Notes: generated by a model not told the origin, from the letters alone. A stretch of 64,000 bases of DNA from a virus (IMGVR_UViG_3300021399_000009:32001-96000), one strand, 5' to 3'; positions 9,967 to 18,827 are shown, counted from the stretch's first letter. Numbers and translations: made by a program.

Positions 9967-10346
9967 AATTCTATTTTATTCAAAAACGGAGGCAAGGAGA
10001 TGATATTACGGAACAGGAAGAAAGCATCAAAAGGGTTGTTGAATGGGCAGAAGAAGAAAGCAAAAGGGCTAAAGCGTTAGACGAGTTCAAAAATAGCCAA
10101 GTTCATTTCAATATTAAAAATCGTGTAGGTGAGAAAGACTACACAATGAGTGAAGAACAATGGAAACGATTTAGACAAGTTTGGGAATCATATGGAGTAA
10201 AATTCACAAACGATGATGGGACGTATAAATCTCTATACGAAGTGCTTTGTGAAATGAGTTCTGTTTGGCAAAGATTAAATGAGGAGAACCAAAGAGAATT
10301 GACAGATTGTATAAAGCTATTCATGAAGCCGAGGATAATTTTATAA
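9963..10346 (+). CDS. Small protein with a tape-measure-like segment
   Basis: GVKFTNDDGTYKSLYEVLCEMSSVWQRL aligns without gaps to the TMP segment GVDIMVDKDTFKSTYDIIKELGAVWGNL. Start is uncertain. Confidence 0.65.
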   Translation: MKFYFIQKRRQGDDITEQEESIKRVVEWAEEESKRAKALDEFKNSQVHFNIKNRVGEKDYTMSEEQWKRFRQVWESYGVKFTNDDGTYKSLYEVLCEMSSVWQRLNEENQRELTDCIKLFMKPRIIL

Positions 10347-10359
10347 ACAGGAGCGAAGT

Positions 10360-10665
10360 ATGAAATATATTGAAAATGTTGTAATAGGCAATATTAATGG
10401 GAAAGAGGCAAATTTATTTTCCCTTGAATCACACTTATTTGCAATTAATAACGAGGACTGGTATGAAAACGAATCAGATAAAACATATTATACAAACGAG
10501 AGATTTCTTCCAAAGATACTTGTTGACTTGGGTATATACCCTTCTATCTCAGAGATACGCAGGAACAGACCTGACCTATTTATAACATTGGACAAGCAAG
10601 ACTTTATAAGCAAATTAAAAGTAGCAAAGAAAAGATTTTTATGGATTGCAGTAGGAGGTATATGA
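10360..10665 (+). CDS. Protein with a segment resembling the TyrRS C-terminal S4-like domain
   Basis: ILVDLGIYPSISEIRR...LKVAKKRF pattern; AGGAG RBS. Confidence 0.5.
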   Translation: MKYIENVVIGNINGKEANLFSLESHLFAINNEDWYENESDKTYYTNERFLPKILVDLGIYPSISEIRRNRPDLFITLDKQDFISKLKVAKKRFLWIAVGGI

Positions 10666-10666
10666 T

Positions 10667-11026
10667 TTGATAATCAAAGATTTTAAAGTTGGAGATGAAG
10701 TAGTCTATCTTGATTTTAATGGATATTCGACACCTAAAAGGACAACATTACGCAAAGGATATATTATTAATGTTGGCAGAAAGATAATTACAATAGGTAA
10801 ACAACCAGATTCTTCTTATGGCTTTAAGTTTACTATTGATGATAATAATATGTGCCTTCGTTCAACTAATATTGGTATTTACGATTTAGCTTTCAAAGAT
10901 TTAGAACAGTATGGACGTTATGTTGAATACAAGGAACTAAAATATTGGGCTTATAGATTTGACTTTGATAGACTACCTTACGATAAGCTAATCAAGATTA
11001 AGGAGATTGTTGAAAATGATTCGTGA
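10667..11026 (+). CDS. Hypothetical protein (FKVGDEV N-terminus)
   Basis: AGGAGG RBS, TTG start. Confidence 0.7.
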   Translation: MIIKDFKVGDEVVYLDFNGYSTPKRTTLRKGYIINVGRKIITIGKQPDSSYGFKFTIDDNNMCLRSTNIGIYDLAFKDLEQYGRYVEYKELKYWAYRFDFDRLPYDKLIKIKEIVENDS

Positions 11027-11258
11027 TATATTTGCGATGATAGGGCTTGGCACATCTATAACGATATTTACAGTGCTTTTTATAGAACTGTTAGAATATT
11101 TTAATCGAAAGAGATGTAAACACAAGTGGGAGTTCTATGATTGTGGTTACACCCCAGAATCTTTTTATATTGAACTTAGGTGCAAGAAATGCAGAGAGAT
11201 AAAACATATCGAATGTGATATAGATACAACAAAATGGGACATTGAATATACAGAGTAA
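11016..11258 (+). CDS. Membrane-anchored protein with C-x-H...CxxC zinc motif
   Basis: N-terminal TM helix; CKHKWE...RCKKC. Confidence 0.65.
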   Translation: MIRDIFAMIGLGTSITIFTVLFIELLEYFNRKRCKHKWEFYDCGYTPESFYIELRCKKCREIKHIECDIDTTKWDIEYTE

Positions 11259-11272
11259 AGGAGAGATTTTAA

Positions 11273-11830
11273 ATGAAAAAATTTATAGCATTATTTATGG
11301 CAGGAGTTGCATTTGCAACACTTACATCTTGTAAAGAGGATGAATCGAAGCGTAGAGCTGACACAGAAAAAACATTGGCGATAGCAAGCAAATTACAAAG
11401 TAATCAACCTACGCCTACTGATATTGATTATAGCCTTGAAAGATACAATCTCATTAAGAGAGCATATTGGGTAAATGGCAACAGAGAAAAAGCAAATGCA
11501 CTTCCTTGTGAAATAGAAAAGCCCTTGGGCTATATAGTTCTTTTTGATAAGGGAGTCGTATTTGGTAAGTTTGTTGTTGATGGTAAGGTATCATCACTTA
11601 ATAGTTATCTTACACCTGATACTGAATATTACGATGTGGATTATGTAGGTGACAGTAGTTACTACAATGAATGGCTTGCTGATGTTGATGGTTCATACGG
11701 CGAGAATGACAATGGTATATTTTTCTTTACTACAGATGGTAAGTACATTGAATGGACAGGTGAATATCTATACTCAGATATTCCCTTTGAGATTGACGAA
11801 CCTGTATTAAAATTCAAGGAGGATAAGTAA
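11273..11830 (+). CDS. Putative lipoprotein
   Basis: Signal peptide MKKFIALF... with lipobox LTSC. Confidence 0.75.
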   Translation: MKKFIALFMAGVAFATLTSCKEDESKRRADTEKTLAIASKLQSNQPTPTDIDYSLERYNLIKRAYWVNGNREKANALPCEIEKPLGYIVLFDKGVVFGKFVVDGKVSSLNSYLTPDTEYYDVDYVGDSSYYNEWLADVDGSYGENDNGIFFFTTDGKYIEWTGEYLYSDIPFEIDEPVLKFKEDK

Positions 11831-12210
11831 TGAATAAAACAATAGCAATAGTTGCAAGCTGTGTACTGTTGATACCAATAATTTATTTTAGTGCTACGCC
11901 ATCGGGTCGTAGAACTTGGAATAACTGGTGGCACAATGTACAAACTGCCGATGATGATACAAGATATGAGACACGAAAAAAGGTTGAAGATACTTGCCGT
12001 TCAATGATAGCAAGTTATAATTCAGATAAACTTACATACGAGCAATATAAGGATTCTGATAATTCTGAAAAACAGTCTTGGGCTGAACAGGCTAAAATGA
12101 GAGCTAACAAAACAGCTTCTACTTATAACAACTACATATTAAAGAATAACTATGTATGGAAGAATGATGTCCCATTTGATATATATAGTACGCTTAATTA
12201 TTTGGAGTAA
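11830..12210 (+). CDS. Membrane-anchored protein coupled to the lipoprotein
   Basis: TAATG overlap, GGAGG RBS, N-terminal TM segment. Confidence 0.75.
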   Translation: MNKTIAIVASCVLLIPIIYFSATPSGRRTWNNWWHNVQTADDDTRYETRKKVEDTCRSMIASYNSDKLTYEQYKDSDNSEKQSWAEQAKMRANKTASTYNNYILKNNYVWKNDVPFDIYSTLNYLE

Positions 12211-12221
12211 AAATAATATAA

Positions 12222-12380
12222 ATGAGAATTGTAATAATAAGTCCGTATAGATTTAAGGCACATACCAAATTCAAGCAATTATTAAATGAGTTTACCAAAA
12301 AGTATAGTATTATAGATACCGAAGCCACTGGCGAGACTACATACATAATCAGTTATACAACATCAACTAATTGCGATTGA
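12222..12380 (+). CDS. Small hypothetical protein (52 aa, below ORF-track cutoff)
   Basis: MRIVIISPYRF...STNCD fills the gap between neighbouring genes. Confidence 0.45.
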   Translation: MRIVIISPYRFKAHTKFKQLLNEFTKKYSIIDTEATGETTYIISYTTSTNCD

Positions 12381-12389
12381 GGTGATAAA

Positions 12390-13496
12390 ATGCAAATATA
12401 TGCAGACAACGCAGCGTTTAAACCGTTGTTGCCGGAGGTCAAGAAGTTTATACATAACTTCATCGAAACTGATTTCTGCAATCCGTCAGCAATTTACAGC
12501 AATGGACGGTCTACACGGAGGCTGATAGAACAAGCAAGAGAACAAGTTGCAAAGGCGATAGGTGCGGACACAGACGAGATATATTTTACGGGTTCTGCAA
12601 CCGAATCAATCAATTGGTTTGCTCGTAATGCTGACCGCATATACACCACAACCATTGAGCACAAAGCGGTGTTGAGAAACGCCAACAACTTCATACCTGT
12701 AGATAATACAGGCAGAGTTGATTTAGATATATTCCGAGAGCAATGTCCGAGATACGGCAACGTGATAGTAGGTTGGGTTAATAATGAGATAGGTGTTATT
12801 CAGCCTGTAAAAGAAATAGTTGACATATGTCACAAGAAGCATAGCAGTATCTTGATTGACGCAACACAAGCCATAGGGCATATCCCAATAGATGTACATG
12901 AACTTGGTGTTGACTTTCTCGTAGGCTCTTTTGGCAAGCTTGGTGGTCTTACAGGTAGTGGTTTCCTCTATATGAGAAGGGGTATGCATATTGAGCCGAT
13001 GATAAAAGGTGGCGGTCAGGAACACGGCATGAGAGCTTCAACCGAAAACATAATTGGCATTTTGGCAGGAGCGAAAGCTATTGAAATTGCAACAAAGCAC
13101 ATCGTCCCAAACACCATACGTCGAGATTATATTATTGAAAGTTTGCTCAATATCCCTAAAAGTTATTTGAATGGTTCTTGGTCTAAGAGAGTTGACAACA
13201 ATATAAATGTGGCTTTTGAGGGCATAGAAGCCGAGAGTTTAGTTTTACAACTGGATTTAAAAGGCATTGCCGTGAGTGCCGGTTCGGCTTGCAACTCCAC
13301 AAACATTGAACCATCACACGTATTAAAGGCAATAGGATTAAGTGATGAGATAGCAAAGGCTTCAATCCGCATAACAATAGACGAAAATATTACAGACGAG
13401 CAGATTGAATACCTTGTAAATACCATTAAAGACTGTGTGGCAAAGATGAGACAGTCATCGTCATTATGGAAGAAGATTGAGAACGAGGATAATTGA
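12390..13496 (+). CDS. iscS: Cysteine desulfurase, IscS/NifS family
   Basis: DNAA, EHKAV, NNEIG, DATQAIG, PLP lysine in SFGK, GGGQE, catalytic loop SAGSAC. Confidence 0.9.
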   Translation: MQIYADNAAFKPLLPEVKKFIHNFIETDFCNPSAIYSNGRSTRRLIEQAREQVAKAIGADTDEIYFTGSATESINWFARNADRIYTTTIEHKAVLRNANNFIPVDNTGRVDLDIFREQCPRYGNVIVGWVNNEIGVIQPVKEIVDICHKKHSSILIDATQAIGHIPIDVHELGVDFLVGSFGKLGGLTGSGFLYMRRGMHIEPMIKGGGQEHGMRASTENIIGILAGAKAIEIATKHIVPNTIRRDYIIESLLNIPKSYLNGSWSKRVDNNINVAFEGIEAESLVLQLDLKGIAVSAGSACNSTNIEPSHVLKAIGLSDEIAKASIRITIDENITDEQIEYLVNTIKDCVAKMRQSSSLWKKIENEDN

Positions 13497-13550
13497 AGAT
13501 TATTTTCAGGATGCAGAAAATAAAAATCTCTCGAATTTTTTAAAAAATAC

Positions 13551-13579
13551 TTGACAAAGTACAAATCGTGTGGTATAAT
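13551..13579 (+). promoter_or_regulatory. sigA-type promoter P2 with extended -10
   Basis: TTGACA (13551-13556), 17 bp, TG-G-TATAAT (-10 at 13574-13579), AT-rich upstream element. Confidence 0.9.
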
Positions 13580-13676
13580 ATGAATATAAGGTTTTTAAAA
13601 AATGTATACAAAGTACAAATCGTATACAGCCTTATATTCATATTTTTATAATGTACAAATCATATAGGAAGGTAAG

Positions 13677-14390
13677 GTGATAGCGATGAAATTTACTTCA
13701 TCATTCATCCGAGGCTTTATAGCCTCAACAGCATTTATTATTTTACTTGGTGTTTGCTTAGTAGGAATTGGCAAACGTGCAAGCACAGACACGACAAACA
13801 CGCAGAGTATAATTCCTACAATGGCAGAATCAACTTGTTTGACTACAGTTTTCACAACCACCACAACTACCACAACTGAGTCCACAACAACTACTACAAC
13901 AAGCACATCCACAAGTACTTCAACATCAACAAGTACTTCAACAAGCACAACAACTACTACCACCACAACAGCAATTGAACTGACAACAGAAGTTCAGATT
14001 CAGACAACAGAGTGTATACAAACAGAGCGTGTAGAAACCTATGATGTTACTGATACTTGTTCATTTTTATCAGAGCAAGATTGGATTTTAATTAGCAATG
14101 TTATATCACACGAAGCAGGTAGTTTACATATATCAACCTACGAACGTTCCTGTATTGTAGCAGCTATTATGAATAGGGTATATGATAGTAGATTCCCAAA
14201 TACAGTTGACGAAGTTGTACATCAGGCAGGACAGATGTTCGATGTACCATATTATAGAGTTGACTACTCAGGCATAGGATATGAACCTATTGACGAAGCA
14301 ATAAGAATGTATCTCGCTAATCCAGATGGCTATGGTAATATCAATAGTTGGAGTGGTGACGGTTATCATAATTATTTTAGTCGTAAGTAA
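13677..14390 (+). CDS. Membrane-anchored SleB/CwlJ-like cell wall hydrolase with Thr/Ser-rich stalk
   Basis: N-terminal TM, poly-T/TS linker, HEAG...IMNRV..SRFPNTV.EVV.Q.GQ (Hydrolase_2). Confidence 0.85.
   Translation: MIAMKFTSSFIRGFIASTAFIILLGVCLVGIGKRASTDTTNTQSIIPTMAESTCLTTVFTTTTTTTTESTTTTTTSTSTSTSTSTSTSTSTTTTTTTTAIELTTEVQIQTTECIQTERVETYDVTDTCSFLSEQDWILISNVISHEAGSLHISTYERSCIVAAIMNRVYDSRFPNTVDEVVHQAGQMFDVPYYRVDYSGIGYEPIDEAIRMYLANPDGYGNINSWSGDGYHNYFSRK
13850..13970 (+). repeat. Low-complexity Thr/Ser codon repeat
   Basis: Runs of ACN/TCN/AGY codons encoding TTTTTTTTESTTTTTTSTSTSTS. Confidence 0.85.
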
Positions 14391-14397
14391 AGGAGAC

Positions 14398-14625
14398 ATG
14401 ATGCGAGACAAGTATAGGTTATTTAAGTTCTACGAAGAACTTAGAGAAATACATATGAAGTATTTCCCCGATTGGCGTTTTGGACAGATGATAAGCAACG
14501 TATTAGTTGATTGGCGTTTTAAAACAGGGAGAGATATTTTCTTTCCAGAGGAAGATGAAATGATACAAATTTTTAAAGATTATATAAAGGAGAACGGATA
14601 TGATAAAAAAGACAATCCTTCTTGA
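14398..14625 (+). CDS. Hypothetical phage protein (PDWRFGQ motif)
   Basis: AGGAG RBS. Confidence 0.7.
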   Translation: MMRDKYRLFKFYEELREIHMKYFPDWRFGQMISNVLVDWRFKTGRDIFFPEEDEMIQIFKDYIKENGYDKKDNPS

Positions 14626-14830
14626 TGATGTAAAGAAGGTATCAAACTTTGTAAATGAAACTTTTAAGTTCAAGGGAGACATCACTGTTAAACATGGTAA
14701 GTATATAGTCAATGGTCGTTCACTTCTTGGGCTTATGTCATTAGATTTATCTAAGCCTCTTACTTGTGAAATTGAAGAAAGAGAAGAACAAATTTGGAAT
14801 GTAAACTGCAAGAGATTCGAGGTACAGTAA
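14600..14830 (+). CDS. HPr-family protein lacking His15
   Basis: YIVNGRSLLGLMSLDL (Ser46 region); no GLHARP motif. Confidence 0.8.
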   Translation: MIKKTILLDDVKKVSNFVNETFKFKGDITVKHGKYIVNGRSLLGLMSLDLSKPLTCEIEEREEQIWNVNCKRFEVQ

Positions 14831-15534
14831 TGAACGTTGAGCTTATTTCTTGGACGAAAGACCCACTTATGACTTGTGCAAAAGCAGCAAGTGTTTGCTA
14901 TGATTCTGAGCCAAGTTTAAAAATAATTAAGGGTTGTATTAAATCAAGGCATCTTTCTGTACTTGAACCCGCAAGTTTTATATTTAAGATAAGCGGTATA
15001 TCTCGTAGCTGTTCACATCAGCTTGTTCGTCACAGAATAGCTTCATACTCTCAGCAGAGTCAGAGGTATGTAAAATTAGATAATCCAACTTGGGTATTAC
15101 CTACTAACTATATGCCCTATGATGACGAAACAGAACGACTTGAAAAGGTTATGCTTGCAAGCTGTGAAAAATCCCTTGAAGCATATGAAGAAATTTTAGA
15201 GCTTGATAACGAAAATAATAATGATACTGCTCGTTGTGTTCTTCCAAATGCAACACCTACTACAATTGTTGTTACAATGAATATCAGAACACTTATGAAT
15301 TTCTTTAATGAAAGATTGTGTAGTAGAGCTTCGAGAGAAATCAGACAAGTTGCTATTAAAATGAAGAAGGCTATTTTAAACTGTCCTGATATAACAGCAG
15401 AAGAAGCTGATATTCTTGATAACATATTTGTTCCTAAATGCGAAAGATATGACATTCCATTCTGCCCTGAGATACAGTGTTGCGGTAGACATAAGAGACT
15501 TAAAGAAATAGTAAAGGAGGAGTACATCAAATGA
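14830..15534 (+). CDS. thyX: Flavin-dependent thymidylate synthase
   Basis: HLSVLE, SHQLVRHRIASYSQQSQRYV, ARCVLPNA. Confidence 0.95.
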   Translation: MNVELISWTKDPLMTCAKAASVCYDSEPSLKIIKGCIKSRHLSVLEPASFIFKISGISRSCSHQLVRHRIASYSQQSQRYVKLDNPTWVLPTNYMPYDDETERLEKVMLASCEKSLEAYEEILELDNENNNDTARCVLPNATPTTIVVTMNIRTLMNFFNERLCSRASREIRQVAIKMKKAILNCPDITAEEADILDNIFVPKCERYDIPFCPEIQCCGRHKRLKEIVKEEYIK

Positions 15535-16079
15535 AGCCATTAATAGCATTAATAGGAACAAGTGGTTCTGGGAAAACAACGCTTGCAAACAAGCTTCAAA
15601 GAAAATATGGATATACTTCTGTAAAATCCTATACCACGAGAGCAATAAGGAATGACCCAGAAGATGCTTTAAGTCATACATTTATTTCACCTGACCGAGT
15701 AGCAGATTACAAAAAAGATATTGTTGCTGATAATTGGTACAACGGTAATTATTATTTTTGCACAAAGCAGCAACTTGATACGTCAGACATATACGTTACG
15801 GACAGAGAGGGTTTAATAAAAATATACAATAATTATATTGGTAAAGACATTATTGCAATCTATCTTGATGTTCCTCCTGAGATTGTTGCCAAACGTATGG
15901 AGCAACGTGGAGATAGTAACGAATCTATTTTATCAAGGTTGCAGTATGATTCAAAAGCATTTGAAGGAGCAAAGGAACTGTGTGATTTCGTTTGTTTAAA
16001 TTGCACTCAGGAACAGCAAGGAGATATTTGTGAATTTATAAATATGCTTTTTAAATACAGAGGTGGTACTAATGATTAA
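15531..16079 (+). CDS. gmk: Guanylate kinase-like dNMP kinase
   Basis: GTSGSGKT P-loop, SYTTR, YNGNYY, RGD. Confidence 0.85.
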   Translation: MKPLIALIGTSGSGKTTLANKLQRKYGYTSVKSYTTRAIRNDPEDALSHTFISPDRVADYKKDIVADNWYNGNYYFCTKQQLDTSDIYVTDREGLIKIYNNYIGKDIIAIYLDVPPEIVAKRMEQRGDSNESILSRLQYDSKAFEGAKELCDFVCLNCTQEQQGDICEFINMLFKYRGGTND

Positions 16080-16278
16080 AGTTCACGTAAGTACAATTTT
16101 CAATAGTGCAACAATAGAACTCTTAAATTTCTTGGACGAAAGAGATATTTCATACGAGGTCGAAAGGGTTAGTACCGAGTGGGTAGGGAGTCACAAAGTG
16201 AAGTCCTTGCCTGTAGTCGAGGTAGATGGAGAAATACTTTCAATGAAGAAGATAATGAAACGATTGAAAAAGAGGTGA
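16072..16278 (+). CDS. Glutaredoxin-like protein lacking CxxC
   Basis: LPVVEVDG motif shared with the next gene; no Cys. Confidence 0.6.
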   Translation: MIKVHVSTIFNSATIELLNFLDERDISYEVERVSTEWVGSHKVKSLPVVEVDGEILSMKKIMKRLKKR

Positions 16279-16282
16279 CAAT

Positions 16283-16498
16283 ATGACCATAACTTTATTT
16301 ACAATAGATTGTCCTAATTGTAAGAGGCTTGAAGAAAAGCTTATTTCATTTGGCTTTCAGTTTTCGATTTGTAAAGATAAGAATATAATGGCAGAACGAG
16401 GAATGACCCATTTGCCTGTACTTGAAGTAGATGGAACAAGCATGAGTTTTAAAGAAGCAATAAAATGGATTAACGACCAAAGAAAGGGGACGATGTAA
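16283..16498 (+). CDS. NrdH/glutaredoxin-like redoxin
   Basis: CPNC active site, LPVLEVDG. Confidence 0.85.
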   Translation: MTITLFTIDCPNCKRLEEKLISFGFQFSICKDKNIMAERGMTHLPVLEVDGTSMSFKEAIKWINDQRKGTM

Positions 16499-18352
16499 AT
16501 GTACGCAGAAAAATACGAAAAGTATCGTAATAAGATTGATTTTATAAACAGTTATAGAAAAGCAAAGAACGCAGCAACAGGTTCTAAGTATGATAGCAAC
16601 GCAAACGTAGAACATAAAAATATTTGTACTTGTGCAGGAGAGCTTGTAAAAGGAGATAAGATAGGTGTTAACCGTCTGCTTATGATAAATAAGATAACAG
16701 AAATGTGGGGCAAAGAACTTGCAGATGAATATATCAGACAGCTTGAATCTCACGAAATTTACAAACACGATGAAACAAATATATCACCGTACTGCGTTGC
16801 TATAACAATGTACCCTTTTCTTCTTAATGGTTTAAGAGAGCTTGGTGGTGTTTCAAAAGCTCCTAAACATATTGAATCCTTTTGCGGTGAGTTTATTAAT
16901 CTTGTTTATGCCATAGCCGCTCAATTTGCTGGTGCGGTGGCTACTCCCGAAGTTCTTCTTTACATGGACTATTTTATAAGAAAAGATTACGGAGATGATT
17001 ACATAAATCATCTTGACGAATATGTTACCCCACCTTTTGCGAAAAATCCTAAGACACTTAAACAGTTAATTGAAGGATATTTCCAGCAGATAGTTCATAG
17101 TATTAATCAGCCAGCAGCAGCAAGAGATTACCAGTCTTGTTTCTGGAATGTTTCTTATTTTGATAAGCCTTATTTTGAAGGTATGTTTGGAGAGTTCCTT
17201 TTTCCTGATGAAACAGAACCTATATGGGAAACATTTAACTGGTTACAGAAACACTTTATGATTTGGGTTAATACCGAAAGATTACACTATGACCTTTCTT
17301 TCCCTGTCGAAACAGTTAATCTTCTTAATGATGGTAAAGAAGATTTTGTTGACGAAGATTGGGGCGATTTTCAAGCAGAAATGTACTCGAAGGGTGCTTG
17401 GTTCTTCACATATTCAAGCAATACAGTTGATAGTCTCAGCTCGTGTTGTCGCCTGAGAAATGAGGTAAGTGAAAACACATTTAGTTTTACCCTTGGTGCA
17501 GGAGGTGTGTCAACAGGTTCTAAGGGAGTAATGACTATTAACATAAATAGGCTCGTGCAAAACGCTGTACGTGATGGCAAGGACATCTCCGAAGCTGTCA
17601 GAGAACAGGTTAAAAAAGTTCATAAATACCTTGCAGCTTATAATGAAATAGTGTGGGACAACTTCAAGGCAAATATGCTTACTGTTTACAAGGCTGGATT
17701 TATTGACCTCGACAAGCAGTACCTCACTATTGGAATCAATGGATTTGTTGAAGGTGCGGAGTTTCTTGGTATTGAAATTTCACCCAATGATGCTTATTTT
17801 GAATACGGTGAAAAGGTATTAAAGCCTATTTACGAAGAAAATAAAAAAGCAAAAACGGAACACTTAATGTTTAACACAGAGTTCGTTCCTGCTGAGAATC
17901 TGGGAGTAAAGAACGCCAAATGGGACAAGGAAGATGGATATGTAGTTCCAAGAGATTGTTACAATTCTTACTTCTATATTGTTGAAGATGAAACAACAGA
18001 TATACTTTCTAAGTTTGAACTTCACGGTAAGAAGCTCACTAAGTATCTCGATGGTGGTAGTGCGTTACATAATAACCTTGCAGAACATCTCACAAAGGAA
18101 CAGTACGCAATACTTAATAAAAAGGCTATCAAGGAAGGCTGCTCATACTATACACACAATGTAAAAAATACAGTATGTAATAAGTGCGATTATCGTTCTA
18201 AGCATACACTTGATATTTGTCCTCGTTGCGGAAGTCGTGACCTTGATTACATAACAAGAATTATAGGTTATACAAAAAGGACATCTTCTTTTGCAGAACC
18301 AAGACAAAAAGAAGAAGGCAGAAGATTTTATGGGAAGTATGCAAAGGCTTAA
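16499..18352 (+). CDS. nrdD: Class III (anaerobic) ribonucleotide reductase, no ATP cone
   Basis: IYKHD, PYC, SCCRL, EFVPAE, CNKC/CPRC zinc site, glycyl-radical RIIGY. Confidence 0.95.
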   Translation: MYAEKYEKYRNKIDFINSYRKAKNAATGSKYDSNANVEHKNICTCAGELVKGDKIGVNRLLMINKITEMWGKELADEYIRQLESHEIYKHDETNISPYCVAITMYPFLLNGLRELGGVSKAPKHIESFCGEFINLVYAIAAQFAGAVATPEVLLYMDYFIRKDYGDDYINHLDEYVTPPFAKNPKTLKQLIEGYFQQIVHSINQPAAARDYQSCFWNVSYFDKPYFEGMFGEFLFPDETEPIWETFNWLQKHFMIWVNTERLHYDLSFPVETVNLLNDGKEDFVDEDWGDFQAEMYSKGAWFFTYSSNTVDSLSSCCRLRNEVSENTFSFTLGAGGVSTGSKGVMTININRLVQNAVRDGKDISEAVREQVKKVHKYLAAYNEIVWDNFKANMLTVYKAGFIDLDKQYLTIGINGFVEGAEFLGIEISPNDAYFEYGEKVLKPIYEENKKAKTEHLMFNTEFVPAENLGVKNAKWDKEDGYVVPRDCYNSYFYIVEDETTDILSKFELHGKKLTKYLDGGSALHNNLAEHLTKEQYAILNKKAIKEGCSYYTHNVKNTVCNKCDYRSKHTLDICPRCGSRDLDYITRIIGYTKRTSSFAEPRQKEEGRRFYGKYAKA

Positions 18353-18827
18353 ATATCTTGGTCGCTCCATAGTTTTTCAAGAAGTACCAAATGAAATAAG
18401 TCTTGCTATAAACGTTAGTGGTTGCCCTTACAAATGTAAGGGTTGCCACAGCTCTTATTTGTGGGATTACAAGGGTAGATACGTCAGTGATGATATTAAA
18501 GCATTAATAGATATGCACGATGGCATTACTTGTGTTTGTTTTATGGGTGGCGACCAAAACCCACAAGAGCTTAATAAGCTAATAGATTATATCCATTCAA
18601 GGGGACTAAAAGTTTGTTTATATACTGGAACAGACAACATTCCAAAAGATATATTTCATTTGGATTATCTTAAAATAGGTCATTACTCAGAAGAGCTTGG
18701 AGGGCTTGACAAACCAACAACAAATCAAAAATTTTATGTTGTACATGATGACAAAGAATACTTTGATATGACTATTATGTTTAGAAAGGAAATGCAAAAT
18801 GTCATTAAAGATAATAAAGAATCCTGA
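18339..18827 (+). CDS. nrdG: Class III RNR activase (radical SAM)
   Basis: FQEVPNE, CPYKCKGCHS, FMGG, LYTG, TTNQ. Confidence 0.93.
   Translation: MQRLKYLGRSIVFQEVPNEISLAINVSGCPYKCKGCHSSYLWDYKGRYVSDDIKALIDMHDGITCVCFMGGDQNPQELNKLIDYIHSRGLKVCLYTGTDNIPKDIFHLDYLKIGHYSEELGGLDKPTTNQKFYVVHDDKEYFDMTIMFRKEMQNVIKDNKES

Noticed and set aside
12390-13496. Dnd phosphorothioation system (DndA)
   Set aside because: No DndB-E or Ssp genes in the window; the desulfurase alone is insufficient evidence.
13646-13966. Val-rich minus-strand ORF
   Set aside because: It is the antisense shadow of the Thr/Ser codon repeat in the SleB-like gene.
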